Made by a program: the position numbers and the translations under genes. Below, piece after piece: positions 9,546 through 19,833 of a stretch of DNA of 32,000 nucleotides (within the stretch, counting starts at the first letter, position 1; every line of letters starts with the position of its first letter). The stretch comes from an uncultured Holosporaceae bacterium (GTDB lineage: Bacteria > Pseudomonadota > Alphaproteobacteria > RUG11792). The DNA lies in contig CAMJRB010000001.1 in assembly GCA_946408175.1 (NCBI GenBank), positions 4,867-36,866 of the forward strand, read 5' to 3'. The notes under the pieces were generated by a model, which did no database searches, had not been told where the DNA came from, and saw only the letters and a list, made by a program, of their open reading frames with translations.

Positions 9546-10285
9546 TATTTATACTCCTTATTTAAAATTTGCAAAACACAATATTTAACTTGTTCGAAAT
9601 CCTTTTCAGCATCTATATTATATAGTGTACCCATTTCCTTGTAGAAATTAATAAGTGGATATGTATTTTTATAATATTCTACTATACGAACTCGCAATGC
9701 TGCCTCATTATCATCCCCTCTTTTATTAAATCCATTATTACCACACTGATCACAAATACCTGAAACTTTAGGCTGCAAAAAATAATCATTGTATATTTTA
9801 CCACAATTTGAACACTTATATCTACCCAGTATTCTTTTAAATAAAATATCTTCTGCTATTTCAAAATTAATAACATAATCTATTGAGTTCTTAAACTCTA
9901 TTGCTAATTCATTTAGTGCTTTCGCCTGACCAATGGTTCTAGGAAATCCATCGAAAATTATATTTTTATCTGCTAAATTTCCCATTAGAGATTGCATTTT
10001 CTGTAATTCAAGTTTAACAACTCCAGTTACTACTTCATCTGGCAACAATAAACCCGCCCCTATTATTTCACCAATAGTTTTTACTTGACCTGGAACAATA
10101 GTTGATTTATTATGTCTTAATATTTCTCCAACTGAAACTACTTTAAAATTAAAATCAGAAGCTATTAAATATTCAGACTGAGTACCTTTCCCACAACCTG
10201 GAGCTCCAAGTAATACAACCCATTTTCCTTTAATTTTAACTTTCTCAGGAGATTTTTCTTTTGTTTTAGTTTTTGTTACTTCCAT
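9545..10285 (-). CDS. adk: Adenylate kinase, long form with a Zn-binding lid
   Basis: 246 aa with P-loop [10 protein letters not shown], the FDGFPRT motif, and lid cysteines CSNCG...CDQCG. It has a ~21-aa Lys-rich N-terminal extension. Confidence 0.93.
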   Translation of the reverse strand: MEVTKTKTKEKSPEKVKIKGKWVVLLGAPGCGKGTQSEYLIASDFNFKVVSVGEILRHNKSTIVPGQVKTIGEIIGAGLLLPDEVVTGVVKLELQKMQSLMGNLADKNIIFDGFPRTIGQAKALNELAIEFKNSIDYVINFEIAEDILFKRILGRYKCSNCGKIYNDYFLQPKVSGICDQCGNNGFNKRGDDNEAALRVRIVEYYKNTYPLINFYKEMGTLYNIDAEKDFEQVKYCVLQILNKEYK

Positions 10286-10286
10286 T

Positions 10287-11630
10287 TTACATTAATCCTT
10301 TCATACGATTCTTTTTAAATAATTTATCATATTCCTGAGCCATCATGTGAGATTGGAATTGACTCATAGTATCAATTGAAACATTCACAACGATTAATAA
10401 ACTCGTACCACCGAAGTAAAATGGTAATGATACTTGAGATAATAATATTTCAGGAATTAAACAAATACAACATAAGTATACAGCACCCACTAATGTTAAT
10501 CTTTCAAGAATAGTTTCTATATAATCAGCAGTTGCTACTCCTGGTCTTATTCCAGGTATATAACTACCACCCTTTTTAAGATTGTCAGCAGTTTCTTTTG
10601 GATTAAACATTAAAGCTGTATAAAAGAATGCAAAAAATATTATAGCTGCTGAAAACAATACCATATACAATGGCTGACCATGACTAATAACTCTAGAAAT
10701 CTTGCCAAATATTGAATTAGGATCAACATTACCAAATCCAGCTATTGTCATAGGTAGTAGTAATACAGATGAAGCAAATATAGGTGGAATAACACCAGCA
10801 CTGTTTATTTTCAATGGAAGATAAGAACTTTGTCCTTGCGCAGGCATATTTACTGCCATTTGTCTTTTAGGATACTGTATTGGTATTCTTCTATTAGCTT
10901 TTTCCATAAATACTATAAATAGTATTATAGACACTACCATTATTAATAGGAAAAGCATTGCCATAACTGATAATGCACCTTGTTTTCCCATAGCGAAAGT
11001 ATTAAATAAAGCAGCTGGCAAATTAGCAATAATACCTGCATAAATTATTATTGAAGATCCATTACCTAAGCCTCTAGATGATATCTGCTCTCCTAGCCAC
11101 ATTATAAATAAAGTACCACCAGTGAGAGATGTCATAGTAGTAAATCTAAATAATAATCCAGGATCTAATACAGCACTTCCAGATTGTCCCACCATACGCT
11201 CCAATCCTATAGCTATACCATATCCCTGAGCCATAGCTAAACCAACAGCTCCATATCTAGTATATTGATTTATTTTTCTTTTACCTGGTTCTCCTTCTTT
11301 TTTAAGAGCTTCCAATTGTGGTGACATTGTTGTTAACAATTGAACTATAATGCTAGATGAAATGTAAGGCATAATGTTTAGTGAAAACACAGTCATACGT
11401 CCCATAGCACCACCAGAAAACATATCTAATATTCCAAATAATCCACTTGCATGATTTCTAGTAAATTCAGCAACTACTGCAGGATTAATATTAGGCAAAG
11501 GAATAAAAGTACCTAACCTATAAACTACAAGAACACCAAGAGTAAACCAAATACGTTTCTTTAAGTCCTTAGATTTCTTGAATGATGAAAAACTAAAATT
11601 CTTTGCTAAATATTCTACCGCAGAAGCCAT
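10287..11630 (-). CDS. secY: Preprotein translocase subunit SecY
   Basis: 447 aa polytopic membrane protein with SecY motifs: LGIMPYISSSI-like (SLNIMPYISSSIIVQLL), GEQISSRGLGNGSSIII and YIPGIRPG. Confidence 0.97.
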   Translation of the reverse strand: MASAVEYLAKNFSFSSFKKSKDLKKRIWFTLGVLVVYRLGTFIPLPNINPAVVAEFTRNHASGLFGILDMFSGGAMGRMTVFSLNIMPYISSSIIVQLLTTMSPQLEALKKEGEPGKRKINQYTRYGAVGLAMAQGYGIAIGLERMVGQSGSAVLDPGLLFRFTTMTSLTGGTLFIMWLGEQISSRGLGNGSSIIIYAGIIANLPAALFNTFAMGKQGALSVMAMLFLLIMVVSIILFIVFMEKANRRIPIQYPKRQMAVNMPAQGQSSYLPLKINSAGVIPPIFASSVLLLPMTIAGFGNVDPNSIFGKISRVISHGQPLYMVLFSAAIIFFAFFYTALMFNPKETADNLKKGGSYIPGIRPGVATADYIETILERLTLVGAVYLCCICLIPEILLSQVSLPFYFGGTSLLIVVNVSIDTMSQFQSHMMAQEYDKLFKKNRMKGLM

Positions 11631-11641
11631 TGTTTACTCCT

Positions 11642-12154
11642 TCATTTACTATCTACCGATGAAACTTCACACTCAGTAGCTCTACATTCTTTTAATGTAC
11701 TACCTGAAGTTTTAATTATCTCTTTAGCTTTACTTGTAGCCTTGCAAACACAAACATTAATAGATTGCTCTAAATTACCATTAGCTATTAGTTTTATACG
11801 CTTTATATACTTAGGCATATAACCAATTTTTACTAATAATTCTTTATTTATAGTTTTATCTTCTGGCAATAAACCATTTTTAATTATTCTATTAATTTTA
11901 TTAAAGTCCAATTCATATGTCCTATTGAGATGAGCATGATTAAAACCACGCTTAGGCATTCTTCTATAAATTGGAGTCTGACCTCCTTCAAAGCCACCTA
12001 TACTAACACCAGAACGAGCAGTTTGGCCTTTACCTCCTCTACCAGAAGTTTTACCTTTCCCTGAACCAATACCACGCCCTAAAGTTTTACTGCAGTGTCT
12101 TGCACCTTTTCTGTCTCTTATATTATTTAACTTCAATAATGATATACTCTTCAT
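11642..12154 (-). CDS. rplO: 50S ribosomal protein L15
   Basis: 170 aa with the Gly-rich N-terminal region GRGIGSGKGKTSGRGGKGQTARSG and FEGGQTPIYRRMPKRGF. Confidence 0.95.
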   Translation of the reverse strand: MKSISLLKLNNIRDRKGARHCSKTLGRGIGSGKGKTSGRGGKGQTARSGVSIGGFEGGQTPIYRRMPKRGFNHAHLNRTYELDFNKINRIIKNGLLPEDKTINKELLVKIGYMPKYIKRIKLIANGNLEQSINVCVCKATSKAKEIIKTSGSTLKECRATECEVSSVDSK

Positions 12155-12157
12155 ACA

Positions 12158-12349
12158 CTACTCACTTACAACTTTTACCATATGCTGAACTTTTTTTATT
12201 AATTCAAGGACTGTATTATTCGCCACTAATACGCTTTCTGAACCTATTTTCCGAAGACCTAATGACCTTAAATACAGTGCTTGTTTCTTATTACGTCTTA
12301 TTGGACTACCAATCTGACGTACTTTTATCTTTTTATTAATTTCTGTCAT
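12158..12349 (-). CDS. rpmD: 50S ribosomal protein L30
   Basis: 63 aa, KIKVRQIGSPIRRNKKQALYLRSLGLRKIG. It occupies the conserved position between rpsE and rplO. Confidence 0.93.
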   Translation of the reverse strand: MTEINKKIKVRQIGSPIRRNKKQALYLRSLGLRKIGSESVLVANNTVLELIKKVQHMVKVVSE

Positions 12350-12992
12350 TATCTGGCTCTCCTACTGTTTGCATTGGTTCCGGTGCTTTTTTCTTAGATA
12401 TATCATTGTTGCTTCCATTAAATACTGTACTGTCCTTTCTATTATTACTTTTTCCAGCATATTTTCTTGCAATTATATCAGGGAATCTTTTCCCTAATTT
12501 GGAAGCTATGTATTTTGGAGATACAGTCCTTTTTAAAGCTGCAAAAGTAGCTCTAACGACATTATGATATGTTCTAGAACCAACTGATTTACTTACTATA
12601 TCTTTAACTCCCAAAGCATCGAAAATGGCTCTCATAGGACCACCTGCAATAACTCCAGTACCAGCTCCAGCTGTTCTCAAAAATACATGACCTGCACATT
12701 TTTTGGCATTAACGTCACACCTAATTGTTCTACCATCCATAAGAGAAACTTTCATCATAGATTTTTTTGCTTTCTCGATAGCTTTTTTCATAGCATCTGG
12801 AACTTCCCTAGCCTTTGCTGATGCATAACCCACACGACCTTTACCATCTCCTACGACAACCAAAGCTGAAAAATGCATATTTTTACCACCTTTTACAACC
12901 TTAGTTACTCTTCTAACACTAATTAATTTTTCAATTAATTGTTCCGGTACTTCCTTTTTATTTACAAACTCTTTCGTCATTTCAATACCCAT
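12336..12992 (-). CDS. rpsE: 30S ribosomal protein S5
   Basis: 218 aa with VRRVTKVVKGGKNMHFSALVVVGDGKGRVGYASAKAREVPDA and GTGVIAGGPMRAIFDALG. A ~40-aa low-complexity C-terminal tail overlaps the rpmD start. Confidence 0.96.
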   Translation of the reverse strand: MGIEMTKEFVNKKEVPEQLIEKLISVRRVTKVVKGGKNMHFSALVVVGDGKGRVGYASAKAREVPDAMKKAIEKAKKSMMKVSLMDGRTIRCDVNAKKCAGHVFLRTAGAGTGVIAGGPMRAIFDALGVKDIVSKSVGSRTYHNVVRATFAALKRTVSPKYIASKLGKRFPDIIARKYAGKSNNRKDSTVFNGSNNDISKKKAPEPMQTVGEPDNDRN

Positions 12993-13354
12993 TAAAATTT
13001 AAGACCATTTTCACGTGCACTATCAGCTAATGCTTTAACTCTTCCGTGATATAAAAATCCAGACCTATCGAAAACAACTTCTTCAATATTCTTTTCTTTA
13101 GCTTTAGTAGCAACTAGTTCCCCTACTAAACTAGCAGCTTCCTTATTGCCACCATTCTTTATTGTTCCCTTAATATCCTTAGATAAAGTTGAAGCAGCTA
13201 CTATTGTATGAAGAGTATTCTTATCAAGTATTTGAGCATACATGTGATTATTAGTCCTATGTACAACTAATCGGTATTTACCTTTAGATACTTGGGAAAT
13301 TTTAAAACGCTGTCTTAACTTACGTTTTTCTCTAGCATTACTATATTTCTTCAT
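12992..13354 (-). CDS. rplR: 50S ribosomal protein L18
   Basis: Shows RLVVHRTNNHMYAQILD...FDRSGFLYHGRVKALADSARENGLKF. I place the start at Met 13354 (MKKYSNAREKRK), which abuts the rplF stop. The longer ORF reaching 13393 would overlap rplF. Confidence 0.93.
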   Translation of the reverse strand: MKKYSNAREKRKLRQRFKISQVSKGKYRLVVHRTNNHMYAQILDKNTLHTIVAASTLSKDIKGTIKNGGNKEAASLVGELVATKAKEKNIEEVVFDRSGFLYHGRVKALADSARENGLKF

Positions 13355-13355
13355 A

Positions 13356-13889
13356 TTATTTCTTTTTCCCTTCTTTTCTATATATAAATTCACCCACTCT
13401 ACTAATTCCTTTTCCTTTATAAGGTTCAGGCTTCCTATAATTTCTCAGGAATGCAGCAACATCTCCTATCTGCTTCTTATCTGCGCCACTTATAACAATA
13501 GTTGTAGGATCAGTACAAGTTATAGATACTTTTTCAGGAATATCATAATCAACATCATGACTAAATCCCAACTGCAAATTTAGTTTCTTTCCTTTCACAG
13601 CAGCCTTATAACCTACTCCTGTTAACTTTAAAGTAATCTTAAAATCTTCTACTGCCCCTTTTATAATGTTACTAACATTCCTTTGAGTAGTACCCCAAAG
13701 AGCTCTCGTTTCACGTTCTTTATTAATAGGATTAAATAATATACCATCTGAGGATATTTTAACATCCAAACAACTTGGAACTGTATATTTCGTTTCTTGC
13801 TTTCCTTTTACAATGCTTATAGTATTGTTAACTAATGTAACATTTACTCCATTAGGAACATTTACTATATGTTTACCAACTCTAGACAT
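13356..13889 (-). CDS. rplF: 50S ribosomal protein L6
   Basis: 177 aa, MSRVGKHIVNVPNGVNV...GVGYKA...EPYKGKGI. Confidence 0.96.
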   Translation of the reverse strand: MSRVGKHIVNVPNGVNVTLVNNTISIVKGKQETKYTVPSCLDVKISSDGILFNPINKERETRALWGTTQRNVSNIIKGAVEDFKITLKLTGVGYKAAVKGKKLNLQLGFSHDVDYDIPEKVSITCTDPTTIVISGADKKQIGDVAAFLRNYRKPEPYKGKGISRVGEFIYRKEGKKK

Positions 13890-13901
13890 AATAAACCTCT
13901 C

Positions 13902-14297
13902 TTAGAATACAGAAAACAAAACTTCACCACCTAATGATTGTTTTCTTGCCTCAGTATCCGACATTACTCCTTTATTTGTAGATAGTACGTAGATACCTAA
14001 TCCATTTCTCATTAATGGTAGTTTTTTTATAGAAGAATAAACCCTTCTACCTGGCTTTGAAATTCTTTTTATTTCACAAATAACAGGTTTATTTTCATAA
14101 TACTTCAATTCTATAGTTATGTAAGGATGTTTTAATTCTTCATTTTCTACTATAGAATATCCATCGATATACCCTTCACTCTGCAAAACTTTTAATATTC
14201 TTTCACTCATATTAGAACGAGGAGCCTGCACAGTGTTATGCTTTACCATTTGTGCATTCCTTATTCTCGTTATTAAATCACTAATTATATCACTCAT
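13902..14297 (-). CDS. rpsH: 30S ribosomal protein S8
   Basis: 131 aa, [18 protein letters not shown]...ISKPGRRVY...[27 protein letters not shown]. Confidence 0.97.
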   Translation of the reverse strand: MSDIISDLITRIRNAQMVKHNTVQAPRSNMSERILKVLQSEGYIDGYSIVENEELKHPYITIELKYYENKPVICEIKRISKPGRRVYSSIKKLPLMRNGLGIYVLSTNKGVMSDTEARKQSLGGEVLFSVF

Positions 14298-14309
14298 AAT
14301 CTCACCTTC

Positions 14310-14615
14310 TTACCAACTGGCTTTAGTCACTCCAGGCAACATACCTTTAGAAGCTAAGTCCCTTAGAGTTATTCTTGACAAACCAAATTTTCTATAATAT
14401 CCTCGAGATCTTCCAGTTAATGCACATCTGTTTCTTATTCTTACACTAGATGAATTCCTAGGCATTTCAGCAAGTTTAAACATAGCTTGTCTCCGTTCAT
14501 CTTCTGGTAATGATTTGTTCATAAAAATAGATTTCAATCTATCTCTAGTAGCCTTTCTCCTTTGTACTAGACGACGTCTCTTTTTATCATTTTCAATAGA
14601 GCTTTTTTTTGCCAT
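14310..14615 (-). CDS. rpsN: 30S ribosomal protein S14 (long form)
   Basis: 101 aa. The C-terminus is [41 protein letters not shown]. Confidence 0.97.
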   Translation of the reverse strand: MAKKSSIENDKKRRRLVQRRKATRDRLKSIFMNKSLPEDERRQAMFKLAEMPRNSSSVRIRNRCALTGRSRGYYRKFGLSRITLRDLASKGMLPGVTKASW

Positions 14616-14630
14616 ATCTCCTCTTTATAA

Positions 14631-15170
14631 TTAACTCTTAAATGGGAAGCCTAATGCTTTCAATAAAGCTAATGCTGACTTATTATCATTAGCTGTAGTA
14701 CAAACATTAATATCGAAACCTCTAATTCTATCTATTTTATCGTAATTTATTTCAAAGAATACTATTTGTTCCTTTATACCCATTGAAAAATTACCTCTAC
14801 CATCGAATCCTTTAGACGATAGTCCACCGAAATCTCTTACTCTTGGTAATGCCATGTATATTAGTCTATCTACAAATTCATACATTCTATCACCACGGAG
14901 AGTAACTTTTACACCTATGTCTGCACCTTCTCTAAGTTTAAATCCAGCTATTGATTTCTTAGATTTAGTTATAACTGGTTTTTGTCCTGCTATTGCCATA
15001 ATGTCATCGAACATACATTGCAATACTTTTTTATCATGAGAAGCCTCAGATGAAGTACAATTCAAAACTATCTTAGTTAATCCAGGAATCATAAAATCAT
15101 TATGCATTCCTAATTCTTGCTTTAAAGAAGATCTTATTTCAGAAAAATATTTATCTTTTGTATAACTCAT
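14631..15170 (-). CDS. rplE: 50S ribosomal protein L5
   Basis: 179 aa with [32 protein letters not shown], and [21 protein letters not shown]. Confidence 0.97.
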   Translation of the reverse strand: MSYTKDKYFSEIRSSLKQELGMHNDFMIPGLTKIVLNCTSSEASHDKKVLQCMFDDIMAIAGQKPVITKSKKSIAGFKLREGADIGVKVTLRGDRMYEFVDRLIYMALPRVRDFGGLSSKGFDGRGNFSMGIKEQIVFFEINYDKIDRIRGFDINVCTTANDNKSALALLKALGFPFKS

Positions 15171-15172
15171 AA

Positions 15173-15514
15173 CTAATCCTTACTTACCTGTGGAACACTT
15201 AAACCAGTCTTTTTAAAGAATCTAATTTTATTTCCATTCTCATCCTTCTTAAAACCTACTTTAGCAGGCTTGTTAATTTCGGGATCGACTAATGAAACAT
15301 TAGATATATGTATAGGCATCTCTTTAGTCACACTACCTTGAGGATATCTATAATCCGGTCTGATATGTCTTGTAACAACATTAACACCTTCAACTATTAC
15401 TTTAGATTCTTTAATTAACACTTTTTTTACTAGTCCACGTTGACCTTTAGAGCTACCAGTAATTACTTGTACTGTATCTCCTCTTCTTATTTTAAATCTT
15501 GGATTTTTCATCAT
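15173..15514 (-). CDS. rplX: 50S ribosomal protein L24
   Basis: 113 aa with the KOW motif [21 protein letters not shown]. It overlaps the rplN stop codon by 4 nt. Confidence 0.95.
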   Translation of the reverse strand: MMKNPRFKIRRGDTVQVITGSSKGQRGLVKKVLIKESKVIVEGVNVVTRHIRPDYRYPQGSVTKEMPIHISNVSLVDPEINKPAKVGFKKDENGNKIRFFKKTGLSVPQVSKD

Positions 15515-15879
15515 AGTACCTCCGGCGCTAGTGAAGTAATCTTAGTATATCCCTTGGCCTTAAGCTCCCTAGTTACAGGACCGAATATACGTGTTCCCAA
15601 AGGTACACCTTGCTTATCAATTAAGACAACAGCATTACTATCAAATGCTATTTGCATTCCATCTGAACGTCTTAAAGGAGCCTTAGTTCTAACTACTACT
15701 GCTTTTTGAACTTCTCCTTTTTTAACTTTTCCATTAGGAATAGCATCTTTTACAGTAACTACAACAACATCTCCAATTCTTGCATATCTTCTTTTAGAAC
15801 CACCCAAAACTTTTATGCAAAGAACTTCTTTGGCACCTGAGTTGTCAGCTACATTCATGCGAGATTCAGACTGTATCAT
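15511..15879 (-). CDS. rplN: 50S ribosomal protein L14
   Basis: 122 aa, [33 protein letters not shown]...[13 protein letters not shown]. Confidence 0.98.
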   Translation of the reverse strand: MIQSESRMNVADNSGAKEVLCIKVLGGSKRRYARIGDVVVVTVKDAIPNGKVKKGEVQKAVVVRTKAPLRRSDGMQIAFDSNAVVLIDKQGVPLGTRIFGPVTRELKAKGYTKITSLAPEVL

Positions 15880-16127
15880 ATAGCTTTCTCCCCATTAGAT
15901 TTAGGTTCAACAACCCACTTTTTTGTTTTAGAAATAGGTCTATTTTCAATAATACGAACTGAATCACCTTCTTTATATGCATTAGTTTCATCGTGAGCAG
16001 CGTATTTTTTACGTACCTTTATATACTTTTTATATAAAGGATGCATAACACGCTTCTCTACTCTAACAATAACAGTCTTATTACATTTATCACTAACAAC
16101 TATACCCTGCAATACTCTACGAGGCAT
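15876..16127 (-). CDS. rpsQ: 30S ribosomal protein S17
   Basis: 83 aa, [45 protein letters not shown]. Confidence 0.96.
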   Translation of the reverse strand: MPRRVLQGIVVSDKCNKTVIVRVEKRVMHPLYKKYIKVRKKYAAHDETNAYKEGDSVRIIENRPISKTKKWVVEPKSNGEKAI

Positions 16128-16140
16128 ATTTTATATCCTC

Positions 16141-16350
16141 CTATTTACAATCTTTTAATTGACGTAAACGAGTTTTTACTCTCGCTACGTTCTTTTTACA
16201 TTTTTTTATAGATGAAGGATTAAAACCCTCACCCGGAGAACTTATTGCAATTCTTAAGTTCATGCATTCTCTTTTTAAATCAGTATAAAGCTTAAGGAGA
16301 TCTTCCTTACTTTTATCTTTTACTAATTCATTAAATTTTCTACTACTCAT
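16141..16350 (-). CDS. rpmC: 50S ribosomal protein L29
   Basis: 69 aa helical protein (LKDKSKEDLLKLYTDLKRECMNLR) in the conserved position between rplP and rpsQ. Confidence 0.9.
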   Translation of the reverse strand: MSSRKFNELVKDKSKEDLLKLYTDLKRECMNLRIAISSPGEGFNPSSIKKCKKNVARVKTRLRQLKDCK

Positions 16351-16360
16351 TACATTATCC

Positions 16361-16777
16361 TTATACTATACGTTTTACAAATTTTGTCTTAATAGGTAAT
16401 TTAGCAGCTGCATTTTCAAAAGCTGTCATAGCTAAATTCTCTGAAACTCCATCTATTTCAAATAAAACCCTACCTGGATTTACTCTACAAACCCAATACT
16501 CAGGAGATCCTTTTCCACTTCCCATACGTACTTCAGCTGGTTTTTTAGATACAGGAACATCAGGAAATATCCTAATCCATATACGGCCAGCCCTTTTCAT
16601 ACACCTAGAAATTGTTTTTCTAGCAGCTTCAATTTGTCTGTCAGTAATTCTTGCTGGTTCTAAAGCTTTTAAACCATAACTACCAAAACTAATACTAGCT
16701 CCAGTAGTTGTTATTCCTTTTATTCTTCCTTTAAAAGCCTTCCTAAATTTCGTTTTACTTGGATATAACATTTCCAA
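16361..16777 (-). CDS. rplP: 50S ribosomal protein L16
   Basis: 138 aa, [18 protein letters not shown]...[16 protein letters not shown]...[13 protein letters not shown]. Confidence 0.97.
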   Translation of the reverse strand: MEMLYPSKTKFRKAFKGRIKGITTTGASISFGSYGLKALEPARITDRQIEAARKTISRCMKRAGRIWIRIFPDVPVSKKPAEVRMGSGKGSPEYWVCRVNPGRVLFEIDGVSENLAMTAFENAAAKLPIKTKFVKRIV

Positions 16778-16783
16778 TACCTC

Positions 16784-17443
16784 TTATACTTTCCTGTCTT
16801 TGGATGGTGTTTCTTCGATATTGTTACCTCTGTATATCCATACTTTAATTCCACAAACACCATAAGTAGTTTTTGCTTTCCCTAATGCATAATCAACATC
16901 ATGTCTTAAAGTATGCAAAGGCACTCTACCTTCTCTATACCATTCCATTCTAGCTATTTCAGCTCCACCTATTCTTCCAGATATATTAATACGAATCCCT
17001 AAAGCTCCGAACTTCAAAGCAGCCTGCATTGCTTGCTTCATAACTCTTTTATATGAAACACGTTTTTCAATACTTCTAGCAATATTATTAGCAACTACCG
17101 TAGCATCTATTTCTGGCTTCTTTACGTGAAGTATATTAATACTTAACTCAGCTGACTTACCAAGTATTTTAGTCAATTTTTCTTTAAGAATATTTAATTC
17201 TGCTCCACCTTTACCAATTAATACTCCTGGTAATGCTGTGTAAATTTCAACGTTAACTTTATTTGCTGATCTTTTAATAACTACATTGGAAATTCCAGCA
17301 GTTGCATATCTATCTTCAATATAATTTCTGACTTTTAAATCAGAATGTAAAAATTCAGAATACTTGCCATTTTCAAACCAAACAGAATTCCAAGTTCTTA
17401 AAATTCCTAATCTTAATCCAATTGGATTTACTTTCTGTCCCAT
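16784..17443 (-). CDS. rpsC: 30S ribosomal protein S3
   Basis: MGQKVNPIGLRLGI...GVLIGKGGAELN (KH domain)...GRIGGAEIARMEWYREGRVPLHTLRHDVDY. The start is set at Met 17443, which abuts the rplV stop. The raw ORF extends to 17464. Confidence 0.95.
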   Translation of the reverse strand: MGQKVNPIGLRLGILRTWNSVWFENGKYSEFLHSDLKVRNYIEDRYATAGISNVVIKRSANKVNVEIYTALPGVLIGKGGAELNILKEKLTKILGKSAELSINILHVKKPEIDATVVANNIARSIEKRVSYKRVMKQAMQAALKFGALGIRINISGRIGGAEIARMEWYREGRVPLHTLRHDVDYALGKAKTTYGVCGIKVWIYRGNNIEETPSKDRKV

Positions 17444-17444
17444 A

Positions 17445-17798
17445 CTACACCTTTCTTTCTTCAACTACAATAGTTAAATGACTAAATGGCTTAACAATGG
17501 AACCACTACGTCCACGTCCTCTAGGACGAAAACGACGCAGCTTTATGCTACTTCCAACGAATGATTCTTTAACATAAAGACTATCAGGATCTAATCCCTT
17601 ATTATTCTGAGCATTAGCAATAGCTGACTGCAATGTTTTTCTAACATCTATGGCTATTCTTTTTTTAGAGAATAATAATACATCCATTGCACGTTTAGCA
17701 TGCAATCCTCGAATCATAGCTGCCACTAGATTCAATTTCTGAGGACTAACACGCATACGTCTTAATACTGCTCTAGTTTCATTATCTTGTAACATCAT
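17445..17798 (-). CDS. rplV: 50S ribosomal protein L22
   Basis: 117 aa, [19 protein letters not shown]...[24 protein letters not shown]. Confidence 0.96.
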   Translation of the reverse strand: MMLQDNETRAVLRRMRVSPQKLNLVAAMIRGLHAKRAMDVLLFSKKRIAIDVRKTLQSAIANAQNNKGLDPDSLYVKESFVGSSIKLRRFRPRGRGRSGSIVKPFSHLTIVVEERKV

Positions 17799-17800
17799 AA

Positions 17801-18079
17801 CTATTTCTTCGCTTTCTTATCTGCACCGTGTCCATAATACGTTCTAGTTGGTGCAAATTCTCCAAACTTATGTCCTACCATATTTTCAGATACCGATACT
17901 GGTATAAATTTTCTTCCATTATGTACTCCGAAAGTCAATCCAACAAACTCAGGGATAATAGTTGATCTCCTAGACCATATCTTAATAATCTCGGATGTCC
18001 TACCAGAAGCTCTGACTTTATCAGCTTTTTTTAATAAGTAACGGTCGAAAAAAGGTCCTTTCCATACAGATCTTGGCAT
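17801..18079 (-). CDS. rpsS: 30S ribosomal protein S19
   Basis: 92 aa, [12 protein letters not shown]...[30 protein letters not shown]...[15 protein letters not shown]. Confidence 0.98.
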   Translation of the reverse strand: MPRSVWKGPFFDRYLLKKADKVRASGRTSEIIKIWSRRSTIIPEFVGLTFGVHNGRKFIPVSVSENMVGHKFGEFAPTRTYYGHGADKKAKK

Positions 18080-18089
18080 TTATCTACCT

Positions 18090-18911
18090 CTACTTTCTTC
18101 TTGAAATAATATATTTATCAGTACGCTTATTCCTACGGGTCTTTTTTCCTTTTGTAGATAATCCCCAAGGCGTAACTGGATGTCTACCTCCAGAAGTTTT
18201 ACCTTCTCCACCTCCATGTGGGTGGTCAATTGGGTTCATAGCAACACCACGAACACATGGTCTTTTACCCAACCAACGACTTCTACCAGCTTTACCGTAC
18301 TTTCTTTTTTGATGTTCTGCATTAGAAACAACACCTATAGTTGCCATACATAATCCATTTACTAATCGTTGTTCACCAGATGGTAATCTTAGAATAATAT
18401 TCTCTCCATCCCTACCAACCAATTGAACTGAAGCACCAGCAGAACGAGCCATCTGAGCACCTCTACCTTTAGCTAATTCAATATTATGTATAAAAGAACC
18501 AACCGGTATATTTCTCAATTGCATGGCATTACCAACTTTAGCCTCTGTCTTATCAGAAGATATTATTTTATCTCCTACTTTAAGACCATCAGGAGCTATT
18601 ATATATTTATATTCATCATCTGCATATTTCACTAAAGCTATAAAAGCACTTCTATTTGGATCGTATTCAAGTCTTTCAACAGTAGCTTCTATATCCTTTT
18701 TATCCCTTTTGAAATCTATAAATCTATAACGTTGCTTATGACCTCCACCTCTGTTCCATACAGTTATGTGACCATGAGCATTTCTACCGGCTCTATTTAC
18801 TTTGATTTTAGTTAATTTTCTTAAAGGTTTTCCTTTCCACAAAGATGATCTATCTATATTGACAAGTTGTCTTTGGGATGAGGTAGTTGCCTTGTATCTC
18901 TTTAATGCCAT
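18090..18911 (-). CDS. rplB: 50S ribosomal protein L2
   Basis: 273 aa, [22 protein letters not shown]...[29 protein letters not shown]. Confidence 0.98.
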   Translation of the reverse strand: MALKRYKATTSSQRQLVNIDRSSLWKGKPLRKLTKIKVNRAGRNAHGHITVWNRGGGHKQRYRFIDFKRDKKDIEATVERLEYDPNRSAFIALVKYADDEYKYIIAPDGLKVGDKIISSDKTEAKVGNAMQLRNIPVGSFIHNIELAKGRGAQMARSAGASVQLVGRDGENIILRLPSGEQRLVNGLCMATIGVVSNAEHQKRKYGKAGRSRWLGKRPCVRGVAMNPIDHPHGGGEGKTSGGRHPVTPWGLSTKGKKTRRNKRTDKYIISRRK

Positions 18912-18917
18912 ATACTT

Positions 18918-19223
18918 TTACACTCCCATACCTAAATCTATTTTCGAATCAGGAGCCAATCTAACTATAGCTCTTTTTTCATCTGTTCTTTTACCAATTT
19001 TTCCTCTGAAGGATTTTCTTTTACCTTTACGAATCATTGTATTAACAGACAAAACTTTAACTCCGAAAACTCTTTCAAATGCATTTTTTATTTCAGGTTT
19101 AGATGCTTTTTTACTAACAACGAATGTATATGCATTTTGTTTTTCTAATATTCTATTGGATTCCTCTGTATTTACAGGATATCTAATAATATCAAAATCC
19201 TTACCTTTTACTAAAGTTGTCAT
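18918..19223 (-). CDS. rplW: 50S ribosomal protein L23
   Basis: 101 aa, YTFVVSKKASKPEIKNAFERVFGVKVLSVNT. It overlaps the rplD stop codon by 4 nt. Confidence 0.95.
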   Translation of the reverse strand: MTTLVKGKDFDIIRYPVNTEESNRILEKQNAYTFVVSKKASKPEIKNAFERVFGVKVLSVNTMIRKGKRKSFRGKIGKRTDEKRAIVRLAPDSKIDLGMGV

Positions 19224-19831
19224 GATAACCTACTTTCTAACATTTTTATAGCCCCAGTTGATATTACTAGTTTTTCCTTCCGTACAATATCATAGACATT
19301 AGCACCAATCTGTGGAAGAAAATCACATTTCTCAACGTTAGATAAAGCTCTACAGAAATTTTCATTTTTATCAACATCTATAAATAATGCTGAGTTAAAG
19401 TTCCCAAAACGTTTCAAAAAATCTTTAGTTTTACAACTATCTTGATTTAGTGAATCAACTACTACCAAACTTCCATTTTTAGCTTTATCTGATAAAGCTA
19501 CTTTTAATCCCAACTTACGAATCTTTTTTGGTAGGTCATAACTATGATCTCGTACTACAGGTCCAAAAACTATTCCACCACCTCTAAATTGAGCAGCTTT
19601 TTTAGAACCATGTCTTGCACCACCAGATCCTTTTTGTCTTACAAACTTACGAGTAGTGCCATGTACATCAGATTTTCCTTTAACACTATGGTTTCCACTA
19701 CGTCTTTTTGCAAGTTGCCATAATACAACTCTAGAGACTATATCAGGCCTAATATCGACATTAAAGACTGCATCAGAACATTCAATTTCTCCTGATACAT
19801 TATTTTTACTATCCAATACTTCAAACTTCAT
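19220..19831 (-). CDS. rplD: 50S ribosomal protein L4
   Basis: 203 aa, HGTTRKFVRQKGSGGARHGSKKAAQFRGGGIVFGP. Confidence 0.96.
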   Translation of the reverse strand: MKFEVLDSKNNVSGEIECSDAVFNVDIRPDIVSRVVLWQLAKRRSGNHSVKGKSDVHGTTRKFVRQKGSGGARHGSKKAAQFRGGGIVFGPVVRDHSYDLPKKIRKLGLKVALSDKAKNGSLVVVDSLNQDSCKTKDFLKRFGNFNSALFIDVDKNENFCRALSNVEKCDFLPQIGANVYDIVRKEKLVISTGAIKMLESRLS

Positions 19832-19833
19832 TG

